A stretch of DNA of 64,000 nt. Origin: Cyanobacteria bacterium J06626_4 (lineage in GTDB: Bacteria; Cyanobacteriota; Cyanobacteriia; Phormidesmidales; Phormidesmidaceae). The notes beneath the pieces are model-generated. The model did no database searches. It had not been told where the DNA came from and saw only the letters and a list, made by a program, of their open reading frames with translations. Below, in pieces: positions 20,898 to 31,120 of the stretch; position 1 is the first letter of the stretch, and each line of letters starts with the position of its first letter. The stretch covers positions 1 through 64,000 of the forward strand of contig JBCBJQ010000004.1 of NCBI GenBank assembly GCA_038523235.1, given 5' to 3'. A program made the position numbers and the translations under genes.

Positions 20898-21233
20898 GCA
20901 AAAGGAGGATAAGGAGCCTGAAGCCCCCAATTCTCAATTAAGCCGCCGTAGGGTGGGTCGAGATTCCACCAAAATCATTAAAACTCCCTGCCAGAAGATC
21001 GCCTGACCCACCAAGCACCACCTGCCACGCCCACTTCTTGTTCTTCGTTGCAAGTGGCGTGATCGCGCTAAGGGCTATTCCCATGGAAATCATCCGTCAA
21101 GCTCTTCGGTTTCTGTCGGCAGACCCACAGCGCTCATCACATCATCGAGAAACTGACGACGGCAAGCCCTTTCTCAGATTCTGGGCGATCATTCTGGGCG
21201 AGATCTGAGCCCCACAGTCCGAGACCTGAAGGA

Positions 21234-23150
21234 TTAGCCCACGGGTGCCATCGCCTGCTGCCAACGAAGAGCGGCGTGCGATCGCTGCAAGCGATTCAGC
21301 ACCCGTCGGGCCAAGTCCCGTCCTTGAATGGGTTTAGTCACGTAATCATCGGCCCCCAGGGCAAATGCCTGATCTTGCTTGGCAGGATCAGCGTGAATGC
21401 TCAGAAAAATAATCGGTAAATGTTGCCATTGGGGATGGCTCCGAAGCACCTGACACAGCTCGAAGCCGTTAATGTGGGGCATTTCAATGTCGAGGATCAC
21501 CATATCCGGCAGGACTTGATTAAAGAGCAGCCAAAATCGCTGAGGGTTGGCCAAAGGCGTAATTTGAAAATTCCAGGGCTGCAGCAGCTGCATCACCTGC
21601 CGCAAATGATGCGTATCATCATCGACAATCATGACTTTGCTGAGGCGATATCGGTGCTCGGTCGCTTGCACCACCATCTCCAACACCTCTGCTGGCGCCA
21701 CCGGATATTCCAGAATGACCGCACCGCCGCGCCGAATCAGATTGAGCCGATTGCCAAAATCTGCTTGAGGAGTCACCACCAAAACCGGTAACTCGCACCA
21801 CTGCTGAGTCAGTTCAGTGATGAATTGCAACAGCTTTTGCAAGATTGGTTCATCGAGCACTGCATCGGTTTCGCTGACCACCAGATTCACCAGCACTAAA
21901 TCGGGTAAATCAGTCGGCGGCGGCGGGGCTGGGGACGATGCCCCCAATCCACAGCTTCGAGCCGCCGCTTCTACCGAAGCGACCATCGTCGCTTCGAACC
22001 CTTGGGCGATTGCAAGCGCCATGAACTGCTGAACATAGGGCACATTGTCTAAATCGATGATGAGCATTCGCGGCGACGCCGGGGTCTCCTCGACGGCGTC
22101 GGTCAGCTTGGGGGACTCATCTAGCGCATGCCCCAAGGTGGTGACTAAGGCTTGCAGTTGGGAGAGTTGAGTCGGCAATAATGCTGTCTCTTGTTGCAGG
22201 AGCTGTTCGATTTGCAGCGAGAGACGATAGCCTTCCATGAGGCCAAAGGTGCCCAAGGTGCCTGCTAAGCTATGGGCCATCTGCTGGCCCTGTAGGCGTT
22301 GCTGTTCACCCAGCCTTTGAGTTTGCAACGTTTGCATCATCTGCACGAGATAATTCCAGCGTTCCAAACTTTCCCCTTTATGGGCCTTCCAGGTTTGAAT
22401 CAGGCCGTCTAAATAACGGGTCTGACGTTCGACGTGAGTCGGGAGCGCCGCTGGCTGGGCGGCAGCAGGAATCAAGGCCCGAATCTTGAGGCGATACCCC
22501 AACCCATGCACAGTCTCGATTAAATCAGGGGGCGCGCCGGTCGCCTTGAGTTTGCGCCTTAATCCCCGAATATGCGATCGCACCGTGGCCTCGCTCGGAA
22601 ATTCCTCTGATGACCAAATGCGATCAAGCAGGGTGGTAGCACTAAAGACTTGATAACTGTGCCTGAGGAATAGCTCTAGTAATGAATATTCCTTGGCGGT
22701 AAGAGCAACCGGCTGCCCGTGATATGTCACCTGACAGCTCACCGAATCCAAACACAAATCGCCCCAGCTCAAAAGCGGTGCTGATTCAGTGAGGGTGCGC
22801 CGCAGTAGCACTCGAATGCGCACCATGAGTTCTGCCAGATCAAAGGGCTTCACGACATAGTCATCGGCCCCGGCTTCCAGACCTTTAATCTTTTCAGTTT
22901 GTTTATCTCGGGCCGTCAGCAATAGAATTGGCACGCTAAACCCTTCAGTTCTCAGGCGCTGGCAGAGTTGAATGCCATCCAGCTGCGGCAGCACCCAGTC
23001 CAAGATCACCAGGTCATAGTCAAAGGTCGAGCTGTAGGCCCAGCCCGTTTCACCATCGGCGACGCGGTCAACGACATAATTTTGGGCTGTGAGCTGCTGG
23101 GTCAGCAGCGCTACCAACGCGTCATCATCTTCGACCAGTAAAACTCTCAT
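21234..23150 (-). CDS. rcaC: RcaC-like multidomain response regulator (REC-OmpR wHTH-HPt-pseudoREC-REC)
   Basis: REC LVILDWVLP; wHTH WSSEEFPSEATVRSH; HPt AHSLAGTLGTFG; C-terminal REC VILDIEMP; adjacent to L-boxes and the cpc operon. Confidence 0.75.
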   Translation of the reverse strand: MRVLLVEDDDALVALLTQQLTAQNYVVDRVADGETGWAYSSTFDYDLVILDWVLPQLDGIQLCQRLRTEGFSVPILLLTARDKQTEKIKGLEAGADDYVVKPFDLAELMVRIRVLLRRTLTESAPLLSWGDLCLDSVSCQVTYHGQPVALTAKEYSLLELFLRHSYQVFSATTLLDRIWSSEEFPSEATVRSHIRGLRRKLKATGAPPDLIETVHGLGYRLKIRALIPAAAQPAALPTHVERQTRYLDGLIQTWKAHKGESLERWNYLVQMMQTLQTQRLGEQQRLQGQQMAHSLAGTLGTFGLMEGYRLSLQIEQLLQQETALLPTQLSQLQALVTTLGHALDESPKLTDAVEETPASPRMLIIDLDNVPYVQQFMALAIAQGFEATMVASVEAAARSCGLGASSPAPPPPTDLPDLVLVNLVVSETDAVLDEPILQKLLQFITELTQQWCELPVLVVTPQADFGNRLNLIRRGGAVILEYPVAPAEVLEMVVQATEHRYRLSKVMIVDDDTHHLRQVMQLLQPWNFQITPLANPQRFWLLFNQVLPDMVILDIEMPHINGFELCQVLRSHPQWQHLPIIFLSIHADPAKQDQAFALGADDYVTKPIQGRDLARRVLNRLQRSHAALRWQQAMAPVG

Positions 23151-23159
23151 AGGCTCCCC

Positions 23160-23540
23160 TCAAATCGACCAGTTCAGCAGCTTCGCGACTTGGCTGGCCA
23201 AAGTTAACGGATTGAAGGGTTTGGTAATGATCCCAGCGATGCCAAGTTTGTGAAACAGTCGTTTTTCTGCGGTGCGAGTTTGGGCCGTTAATAAAATGAC
23301 GGGAATCGATTGAGTTTGGGGATTTTCATGCAGACTTTTGAACGTGGCGATACCGTCGATTTCAGGCATCATGACGTCTAATAAGATGGCATCTGGCTGA
23401 CAGATTGTCGCCTGATAAATCCCTTCGGGGCCAGAGGAGACAGTGATCGTATCCCAACTGGCTTCCATCTTTAAACTGAGCCGGACCACTTTTTGGATCG
23501 ATTCTTCATCGTCAATAACAAGGACACATTTGGGTGGCAT
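23160..23540 (-). CDS. rcaF: Single-domain CheY-like response regulator (RcaF-like)
   Basis: VLVIDDE, AILLDVMMP, ITKPF; 126 aa; 9 bp upstream of the rcaC-like gene. Confidence 0.65.
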   Translation of the reverse strand: MPPKCVLVIDDEESIQKVVRLSLKMEASWDTITVSSGPEGIYQATICQPDAILLDVMMPEIDGIATFKSLHENPQTQSIPVILLTAQTRTAEKRLFHKLGIAGIITKPFNPLTLASQVAKLLNWSI

Positions 23541-23544
23541 AGTC

Positions 23545-23904
23545 TTCTTTTCGACTCAATCTGACAATTTGAGCGCTGTCTGATGGAGTAACCTCATCGG
23601 CAGACAGCTCGGCCTGCGGCACGGTGACAGCGGGTTAGGTCATCACGTCCGATAGCAGCAGATTGGCCCACTCGGCATGGTGAGCGATCGCCCGCAGCAG
23701 GTCTTGACGAGTAACGATGCCCACCATCTGACGGCGCGGTAGCACCAGCACACCAGTCGCGCCAAAAGAAGCAGACAAGCGATTGAGAATTTTGGGCCGC
23801 GGAGTCTGCTGTGACGCGATTAAGGGCTGAAAGTCCATCACCTCATCCCAAAAAGGTAGCTGGCAGACGGCAGAGTCAGGCAAAATTCTGAACTCAGAGA
23901 ACAT
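23545..23904 (-). pseudogene. Truncated CBS-domain remnant, probably the N-terminus of a deleted sensor kinase
   Basis: MVGIVTRQDLLRAIA...LSDVMT*PAVTV CBS pattern interrupted by TAA at 23635-23637; no kinase motifs before rcaF. Confidence 0.55.
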
Positions 23905-24278
23905 CCAAGACGGATTCTGAGCCGATGTACTGCCCCCTCAATTTATGAGACGACAAACAACAATATTGCGAGATTGTTTTGATTCTTTAACTTTCAGTCG
24001 ATAACTGTAACGGAATTTTTCGCGGCTAGCGGCATCTTGCGTGAGGGTAGACGCCAGCAGAGGAGGATACAGTTAATGTCTGAGGTGGCACGCGGCACGC
24101 GGCGGCAGCCAGCACCCTAATCTCCAATCTCGGGGCCATTACGGCGACCATTTCAGAGAAGCAGGAATACAGTCTCTAAAGATGCACATGGACATCCCGC
24201 AGGTGATTGACCGCAATGGGCAAGCACGGTGTTTTGGTACTTTATCTAAGTGCCAGAGCCCTGAAAGCCGAAAAGCAA

Positions 24279-24365
24279 CGGAGAGGGAGGGATTCGAACC
24301 CTCGGAAGGTGTGACCCTTCAATAGATTTCGAGTCTACCGCATTCGACCACTCTGCCACCTCTCC
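24279..24365 (-). tRNA. trnS: tRNA-Ser(CGA)
   Basis: GGAGAGGTGGCAGAGTGG...GTAGA-CTCGAAA-TCTAT, long variable arm, GGTTCGAATCC, acceptor stem pairs. Confidence 0.97.
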
Positions 24366-24401
24366 AGGTGACTGTATTTTACCCCCTGCCGGAGCAATCG
24401 C

Positions 24402-26684
24402 TTAAGCCCAAGGTTGAGCATTCCGGTGTTTTGTTTCGAGATAGGTATGAAATCCGTGCTGCTGCTGCCAGGTAACGGCACCATCACGATGAGTCCAAAA
24501 CACCTGTCGATCTGACTGCTGTAGGCGGCGCTCGACGGCTTCTGACAAATTGGGGCCATAGCAAATCACGACTTTAGGGTTGACAGCAGCCAGCAGTTCG
24601 TCGCTAAGGGCTCCGCCCGACCAGACCAGCACATGACTTGCTAGCACCGTGCTTGATTGCGCCAGATAGGCCTGCAGTTCTAGAGACAGCGGCGGTAATA
24701 ACAGCCAGCTTTGAGTCGCTGTGACCCGCAAGATTGGGTTTTCGATTCCCAACAGTTGCATCGTGAACTGCCCGATCACCTCACTGCGCCCAGGCTGTAG
24801 CGCCTGAAATTGCTGGGTCAAGTTCGTGAGAGCGGGCAGTTCACCAGGACTATATAGATGGCGACTGGGCGATCGCTGCAGCAAGCTGCGCCAACCGAGG
24901 ACATGTTCGGCATCAGTGGACAGCGCGATCGCTTCGTCAATCTGGTTTACACCTGCCTGCCTCAGAAAAGGCTCAACCGTATAAAAAGCTGTGTCTTGAT
25001 CGCCGCTATTAATCAGCATGGTTTGCCCCTGAACCTGCTTAATCCAAATCAGTTCATCGTCAGCGGCCAGTACCGTAATTTGGTTTTGAGTCAGTGACTG
25101 CCATGCCATCGGCACCAGCAACAATCCGACAAACACAATGGGCAGCAAAGGCTTGAGTCTTTTGACTTGAGACTGAAGCGGACAAAGACTGAGGAAGAGA
25201 ACGCTGTAGAGTCCAGCTAGCTGCCACAAAGAAATTTGCCCGATCACAACGGCACTGCCCGGCAGATGGCGACTCGTCTGCGCTAACCACACCAAGCTCT
25301 GAGTCGGGTAATAAAGCAGTTGGGCTGTCAATTGACCCAGGGTAGGCAGCAATAAAGCGCAGGCGCTGCTGGCAATTCCACCCAGACTAATGACCGTGAT
25401 AAGGGGCGTTGCGACGACGTTCAGCAGAATGCTGACGCCAGAAATTACATTGAAGTGATACAGCATCAGCGGCAAAGTCCACAGCGTGGCCGCCACTGGT
25501 ACGGCCACGAGTGACGCCACAGTCACAGGCAGCCACTGCAGACGACGGACGATCGCGGGCACAGTGACGATGAGTCCCCAGGTTGCCGTCACACTGAGCT
25601 GAAAGCCCACATTCCAGAGCCATTGAGGATACACAAGCAGCATGGCGGTCGCCGCGAGTCCCAAGGCACCGCTCGGTATCACCTGACGATTGGTCGCTAA
25701 GCCAGCCAAGGTGGCCAGGCCCATAATTGCGGCCCGAATCACACTGGCTTGCCAACCGGTTAGGGTCACGTAACTGACTAAGACAATGATGCCAACCACT
25801 ACCTGTAAACGAGCCGTGCGCGATCGCAGCAGGGCCAGCACAGTGCCCAACAGCAGAGACACATGAAACCCCGAGGCGGCGATGGTGTGTGCTAAGCCAA
25901 CTTGGGCAAATAACGCTTGCATGTTTGCCGGTAAATCAACCGCTCTGCGGCCCAGTGCCATGGCACTCACTAACTGTCCCAAAGGACTGCCCAACGCTCG
26001 CAGGTGCGACCGCACGATACGCTGCCGCACGCGCCACAAGCCCCACCGAGAGTTAATGGGAAACTGCAGATCAGTCGCCACGAATCCGGCAAAGATGCCT
26101 CGCTGCCCGAGATACGAGGCAAAATCAAAACCTCCCGGATTTTTAGCGGCTTGGGGGCGATAGAGGCGACCGATCGCCGTAACCAGCTGGCCGCGATGTA
26201 ATCCAGTTACTTGCAGGAGCGGTGCTGTCATATACAGTCGCCCCTGAGTGGCGATCTGAAACGTGATCTCACCATCAGCATTCTGAATCTGCAGCCGCTC
26301 TGTCTGCAGAATAAATCGCCCCTTGAGAGCCCGATTCAGTCTCGGTTCCTCAATGACCCGACCTGAAATGACGTGAGTCGGAGCGATTGATTGGGCGCGT
26401 TCCACATAAGCGCTGATATCACCCGATCCAGCAACTGGCGATCGCACCGTCATATATCCCGACGCCAGTAAGCAGACACAGGCCAGCGCGGCCCAGATTT
26501 GCGAGCGCCAGCCGAGCGAACGATATCGAGAGGCGATCGCGGCTAACACGAGCAAGCCCAGGCTAACGATAACGCCAGCTCTAGATATCGCTAACGTCCC
26601 AACGGTGAAATAACCCGCTGCCGAGCTGAGCAATAAACCTGCTACGTAGGCCACACAAAATGCGAGCCCGACCGAAATATTCAT
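24402..26684 (-). CDS. comEC: ComEC/Rec2 DNA uptake channel protein
   Basis: KNPGGFDFASYL, GLAHTIAASGFHV, ASVIRAAIM, GFQLSV; multiple TM segments. Confidence 0.92.
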   Translation of the reverse strand: MNISVGLAFCVAYVAGLLLSSAAGYFTVGTLAISRAGVIVSLGLLVLAAIASRYRSLGWRSQIWAALACVCLLASGYMTVRSPVAGSGDISAYVERAQSIAPTHVISGRVIEEPRLNRALKGRFILQTERLQIQNADGEITFQIATQGRLYMTAPLLQVTGLHRGQLVTAIGRLYRPQAAKNPGGFDFASYLGQRGIFAGFVATDLQFPINSRWGLWRVRQRIVRSHLRALGSPLGQLVSAMALGRRAVDLPANMQALFAQVGLAHTIAASGFHVSLLLGTVLALLRSRTARLQVVVGIIVLVSYVTLTGWQASVIRAAIMGLATLAGLATNRQVIPSGALGLAATAMLLVYPQWLWNVGFQLSVTATWGLIVTVPAIVRRLQWLPVTVASLVAVPVAATLWTLPLMLYHFNVISGVSILLNVVATPLITVISLGGIASSACALLLPTLGQLTAQLLYYPTQSLVWLAQTSRHLPGSAVVIGQISLWQLAGLYSVLFLSLCPLQSQVKRLKPLLPIVFVGLLLVPMAWQSLTQNQITVLAADDELIWIKQVQGQTMLINSGDQDTAFYTVEPFLRQAGVNQIDEAIALSTDAEHVLGWRSLLQRSPSRHLYSPGELPALTNLTQQFQALQPGRSEVIGQFTMQLLGIENPILRVTATQSWLLLPPLSLELQAYLAQSSTVLASHVLVWSGGALSDELLAAVNPKVVICYGPNLSEAVERRLQQSDRQVFWTHRDGAVTWQQQHGFHTYLETKHRNAQPWA

Positions 26685-27135
26685 CGTGATGAGTCAGTAG
26701 ATGCTTCTGTCTTCTAGCAAACCCATCTCAGCGATCGCATTATCAATCAAATGAATTAACAAAGTGCCGCGATCAACCGATCACTGAACTGAAATATCAG
26801 CTCAAATTTCCGGATTTAAAAACGCTTCCGTAAAAGCACTCAGCCACCTCCGGGCAATTTCGGAAACGGCAGAATGGGAACGACTCCGTAATCTCTAGGT
26901 AATCTCAAAACGACCTTTCAGAAAGGGATACAGCGTTAGAGGCTGAGGCTAATCTAGCGACCGTCACGATTAAAAAGCAGACTTTTTGATCAATTCACCT
27001 TTAAACAGCGTGGCCACGAGGCATTTGCGAAGTAACGATAAAGCCTGCTTCTTTTATTTTGGGTGCCATCGCTGTCGTTGTCTTGATTGGCTCTGGTTAA
27101 TTTGGGAACGTGACAGTCCTACTTTGGTAGCAACC

Positions 27136-27930
27136 ATGACCTTATCCTTATCCAAATTAGCAGTGGCAATGGGTATTGCCACAGGTGCTCTACTCCCTTT
27201 GAGCAGCAACGCCAACGCTCAGAGTTTCGGTTTTGAGTTTGATACAACCTATTCCGTTAACAACGCGCCCACAGGCGACATCCTGCTAGAGTCGGTCAAA
27301 ATTGGCAACGAGATTATTAACGACTTTTCCTACGTTTCTACTGTTGAGATTGTGGCTAACGATCCTTTTGCCGGAGGCAACACTGGCGCGGCTAGTGCCG
27401 ATACTGGGGACACTGCGACGGGTGGCGTCCGCGCTGAAGATGCCTCAGCGGAAGATATCGCAACCAACCTAGGAACTAACAACCTCAACCACATCATCGA
27501 TACCGAAGACAAGGGTTCTTTTATCATTGACCTCAAGTTCGACAAAGTGATTGACAATCTCTTGATTTGGGAGCGAGGCAAGAACAGCGACCTTGCTATT
27601 CAAGCAGTAGATGGCAATGGTGATCTCATCGGTGACCGCCTACTGATCGAAGATGATATGTGGTTTGATGCGGGCTATGAAATTGACACCAGTGAAATTA
27701 GTGGTGCTCAAGAAGTTGGCTCCTTAGGCATTAATATCTTCGCTGATTTAGGCGTTGAGAGCGACTCCGTCGATACGATTCGCTTCATCAGCCAGAGCGA
27801 GTTCAACGGCCCCGACTGGAAGTTTGTCGGTACTGATTCCGCTCGTGATGTTCCCGAACCTGCTTTGGCCTTAGGCTTGGGCATTTTCGGCGGCGTCATG
27901 GCGCTCAAAAAGCGGGCTAAGCTGGCTTAG
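27136..27930 (+). CDS. PEP-CTERM exosortase-dependent surface protein (XDP2-like)
   Basis: Signal peptide ending ANA-Q; C-terminal VPEP + TM helix + KKRAK; probable start 27136. Confidence 0.85.
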   Translation: MTLSLSKLAVAMGIATGALLPLSSNANAQSFGFEFDTTYSVNNAPTGDILLESVKIGNEIINDFSYVSTVEIVANDPFAGGNTGAASADTGDTATGGVRAEDASAEDIATNLGTNNLNHIIDTEDKGSFIIDLKFDKVIDNLLIWERGKNSDLAIQAVDGNGDLIGDRLLIEDDMWFDAGYEIDTSEISGAQEVGSLGINIFADLGVESDSVDTIRFISQSEFNGPDWKFVGTDSARDVPEPALALGLGIFGGVMALKKRAKLA

Positions 27931-27974
27931 TAAGCCTTGTTGAACGGACTTTTAATTGCATAGCCGTTTAAATC

Positions 27975-28008
27975 AAAGACGGGAGGGGCGATCGCCCCTC
28001 CCGTCTTT
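27975..28008. terminator. Intrinsic terminator, a perfect palindrome centred on HIP1
   Basis: AAAGACGGGAGGGGCGATCGCCCCTCCCGTCTTT followed by a T-rich tract; lies between convergent genes. Confidence 0.8.
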
Positions 28009-28172
28009 TGTTCTTTAGCCTAATCAGCCATCAGCCCAGCCAGTCGCGCTCAGGTTCTCATGGTTTTTCAGGCTCGCTGACTTCAGAGCACGATGGTTCA
28101 ATCACCTCTCCACAACAGACACTTTGCGTCAGGGTTTGGCACGGTTGCCACCAGCGAGCAGGGCGCGACTCC

Positions 28173-29408
28173 CTAAGCGCTGAATTTGTCGATAATGCGC
28201 TGCATGGCTTGCTCAACGTTGTCGCGGGTATTAAACGCAGAGATGCGGAAGTAGCCTTCGCCAGCGGCACCAAAACCAGATCCTGGCGTCCCAACCACAT
28301 GGCAGGTGTGCAGTAGCTTATCGAAAAATTCCCAACTCGATAAACCGTGGGGAGTTTTGACCCATACATAGGGGGCATTTACCCCGCCAAAAGTCTGAAT
28401 GCCTGCCTCTGAGAGCTTTTCACGAATGATGCGAGCATTTTCCAAATAAAACCGGATGAGTTTGCGCACCTGCTTTTGGCCTTCGTCGCTGTAGACCGCT
28501 GCGGCTCCCCGCTGCACGATGTAAGAAACCCCGTTGAATTTGGTGGATTGACGGCGGTTCCACAACCGATGTAAATCCACGTCAGTCCCATCGGAAGCTT
28601 TGATTTGAATGGTTTTAGGAACCACTGTAAAGGCGCAGCGAGTACCGGTGAAGCCAGCGTTTTTGGAGAATGAGCGGAACTCGATCGCGCAGTCACGTGC
28701 CCCCGGAATTTCATAAATCGAATGGGGAATCTCTGGATCGGTAATGAACGCTTCGTAGGCGGCGTCAAACAACAGCAAAGAACCGTGCTGACGAGCATAA
28801 TTCACCCAGTCTTGTAAGTGGGCGTGCGTCGCAGCGGCTCCCGTGGGGTTGTTAGGGAAGCAGAGGTACACCAGATCAATTTTTTGCTCAGGAATTTGAG
28901 CTGTGAAGTTGTTGTCGGCAGTGATGGGGAGGTAGATCAGCCCTTCATAAGTGCCGTCATCACGCGCTGGCCCGGTATGCCCTGCCATGACGTTCGTGTC
29001 GACATACACCGGGTAAACGGGGTCGGTGACAGCGATGCTATTATCGTCACCAAAAATGTCTAAAATATTGCCGCAGTCGCACTTAGAGCCATCAGAAATA
29101 AAAATTTCATCAGCAGTAATATCGCAGCCGCGGGATTGAAAATCGTGACGCACAATTTTTTCGCGCAGAAATTCATATCCCTGCTCAGGGCCATACCCTT
29201 TAAAAGACTCGCGATCGCCCATTGCTTCAACGGCTTTAATCATCGCAGTGCGACAGGCTTCGGGCAGGGGTTCAGTAACATCCCCAATGCCGAGTTTGAT
29301 AATCGGGGCATTGGGGTTAGCATCGGCAAACGCTTTGACGCGGCGGGCGATTTCTGGAAAGAGGTAGCCCGCTTTGAGCTTCAAGTAATTTTCGTTAATT
29401 GTGACCAT
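28173..29408 (-). CDS. dapL: LL-diaminopimelate aminotransferase
   Basis: [43 protein letters not shown]-lysine motif [12 protein letters not shown]. Confidence 0.97.
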   Translation of the reverse strand: MVTINENYLKLKAGYLFPEIARRVKAFADANPNAPIIKLGIGDVTEPLPEACRTAMIKAVEAMGDRESFKGYGPEQGYEFLREKIVRHDFQSRGCDITADEIFISDGSKCDCGNILDIFGDDNSIAVTDPVYPVYVDTNVMAGHTGPARDDGTYEGLIYLPITADNNFTAQIPEQKIDLVYLCFPNNPTGAAATHAHLQDWVNYARQHGSLLLFDAAYEAFITDPEIPHSIYEIPGARDCAIEFRSFSKNAGFTGTRCAFTVVPKTIQIKASDGTDVDLHRLWNRRQSTKFNGVSYIVQRGAAAVYSDEGQKQVRKLIRFYLENARIIREKLSEAGIQTFGGVNAPYVWVKTPHGLSSWEFFDKLLHTCHVVGTPGSGFGAAGEGYFRISAFNTRDNVEQAMQRIIDKFSA

Positions 29409-29530
29409 GGCAGAAAGAAACTCGGTTGCACTGTCGTAACACTGTACTTAGATTCAGCTTACTGCGATCTGGGTTTTCCGCCGTCAGCGAGTCAGTTTTC
29501 AGCTCTCATCCAGCAGTGGTGGATGAGGCT

Positions 29531-31120
29531 TTATTGACCGAGCGCCGGCCGCCCTAGAGTCGTGATGTACAAAACCGCTTCATCTTCCGGAATCCCGAGC
29601 ACATCGTTGACTTGGTCGTCGAAAAAGCCGCCGATGCCACTGACACCTAAGCCTAAACGAATAGCAGCCAGATTAATCCGCTGCCCCAAATGCCCGGCGT
29701 CAAGATGTAAGTAGCGATAGGCGCGGTCTCCGTAGTGAGCGATCGCCGCTTTTAAATCGGCAGTATGGAAGATGACGGCCCCGGCATCGTGGCCTAACGA
29801 TTGCCCGAGACAGAGATAGCCCAGTTCCTGGCGAAAGTTTTTAAATCGAATTTGTCGCAGTTCCTGTCTCTGCGGTGCGTAGTAATAGCATCCCGCCTCT
29901 AAGCCATCGACCCCAGAGGCCGCCACAAAGGTCTGAATTAGATTCAAATCGAAATAATCGGGATCACTGTCGAGTCCTTGCTCGACATAGTGGTGAGGCT
30001 GATAAACAAAATCCAACACAGTGTTGAGTTCATCTAAAGTCAGCGATGCGCCACTGAACTGTCGGGTAGAGCGCCGCCGCAGAATCGTTTTCTCCAACCC
30101 TTGCAGGCGATCGTCCCAATGAATCGGTGAGGTTACTGTAGAGACTTTGACCCCAAATGGGAAGTTGTACTTGTCATCGGGTTGAACATCAGCCTCCGGC
30201 TCTGCAGACGCAGCGACACTTTGGGCGCGAGTCTGCCAACGAAAATCATCATCCTGCTCAATGCGAGTCGCCTGATGCAGAGAGGGCAACAGTTCATCTT
30301 CCGAAATGCGAGAGACATCGGTTTGACGGGGAGCGGGTTGAGTCGTTGTCAGCCGTGGCAAGTTTTGGTCAACCTGCAGCAGGTCAGCAAGCGCGGCGAC
30401 CACTAGTGTGCTTTCAGCCGTCTCATCGAGATACAGCAGCTGATTAATCGCTGAATCGATAAAGCCCCCAATCAGATGCGGTCGGTAATCGACCAGATTA
30501 CCGGCCAGCTCTAAGTTGCCTAAAGCATGACCGGCATCTAAACAAATTCGCCGATAAGCCCGCGCCTGATATCGCCACGCCGATCGATAGAACACGGTAG
30601 TCAACACCACAGCTAACTGCGTGTGTTCCAAGGCGGGATGCCAAAAACATCCGGCCTGCAAAGCCTGCCACACATGATCATCCCAAAATCGCCAGAGACT
30701 GTGGGTGCGAGCCTGATAGTTATAAAGGCCGGCTGGCAGCAGCGAGTGCCCCCGCGAAACGAGATACAGCTCGGTGGGGTACAGGCCACCGGCAGAGGGT
30801 GCTGCTCTGAGGTAAAACGCTGGCCCTGACAGCGTTTTCACTTGGGCCGTTAAGCCATAGACATTAATTAAAAAATGCGAGAGGCGCGCCCAAGCCCGAT
30901 CAGTCTGAGAGGCCTGCTCTGATACTTTCGACTCGTCTAAAAAGGGCTTTAAGTCGATTTCGGTGCCTAACTGATAGGTTTTAAACGGCTCTGGCTGTGG
31001 CCCTTGCATGGCCCCCGCCGCCGTGGCTAGGGTGTCTGGGCTGTACTTCGTGCGATCGTGAAAGTACTCCGCAATCGAATCTTGATAGCTCATAACTTGC
31101 TTGGGAAACGTGGGGTTCAC
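29531..31120 (-). CDS. SagB/ThcOx family dehydrogenase (tandem nitroreductase-like domains)
   Basis: LRAAPSAGGLYPTE, SAWRYQARAYRRICLDAGH, second domain RRRSTR...YGDRAYRYLHLDAGHLGQ; start may be 31093. Confidence 0.88.
   Translation of the reverse strand: MNPTFPKQVMSYQDSIAEYFHDRTKYSPDTLATAAGAMQGPQPEPFKTYQLGTEIDLKPFLDESKVSEQASQTDRAWARLSHFLINVYGLTAQVKTLSGPAFYLRAAPSAGGLYPTELYLVSRGHSLLPAGLYNYQARTHSLWRFWDDHVWQALQAGCFWHPALEHTQLAVVLTTVFYRSAWRYQARAYRRICLDAGHALGNLELAGNLVDYRPHLIGGFIDSAINQLLYLDETAESTLVVAALADLLQVDQNLPRLTTTQPAPRQTDVSRISEDELLPSLHQATRIEQDDDFRWQTRAQSVAASAEPEADVQPDDKYNFPFGVKVSTVTSPIHWDDRLQGLEKTILRRRSTRQFSGASLTLDELNTVLDFVYQPHHYVEQGLDSDPDYFDLNLIQTFVAASGVDGLEAGCYYYAPQRQELRQIRFKNFRQELGYLCLGQSLGHDAGAVIFHTADLKAAIAHYGDRAYRYLHLDAGHLGQRINLAAIRLGLGVSGIGGFFDDQVNDVLGIPEDEAVLYITTLGRPALGQ

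Noticed and set aside
21234..23540. FaRLiP rfpB/rfpC regulators
   Set aside because: Similar architecture, but no rfpA, chlF or far-red psa/psb/apc paralogues are adjacent; L-boxes and the cpc operon favour RcaC/RcaF
16600..24365. Genomic island integrated at tRNA-Ser
   Set aside because: No integrase and no duplicated tRNA 3' end seen by eye
29531..31120. RiPP (azole) biosynthetic cluster around the SagB-like gene
   Set aside because: No YcaO, precursor peptide or transporter nearby; flanked by dapL and a pentapeptide gene
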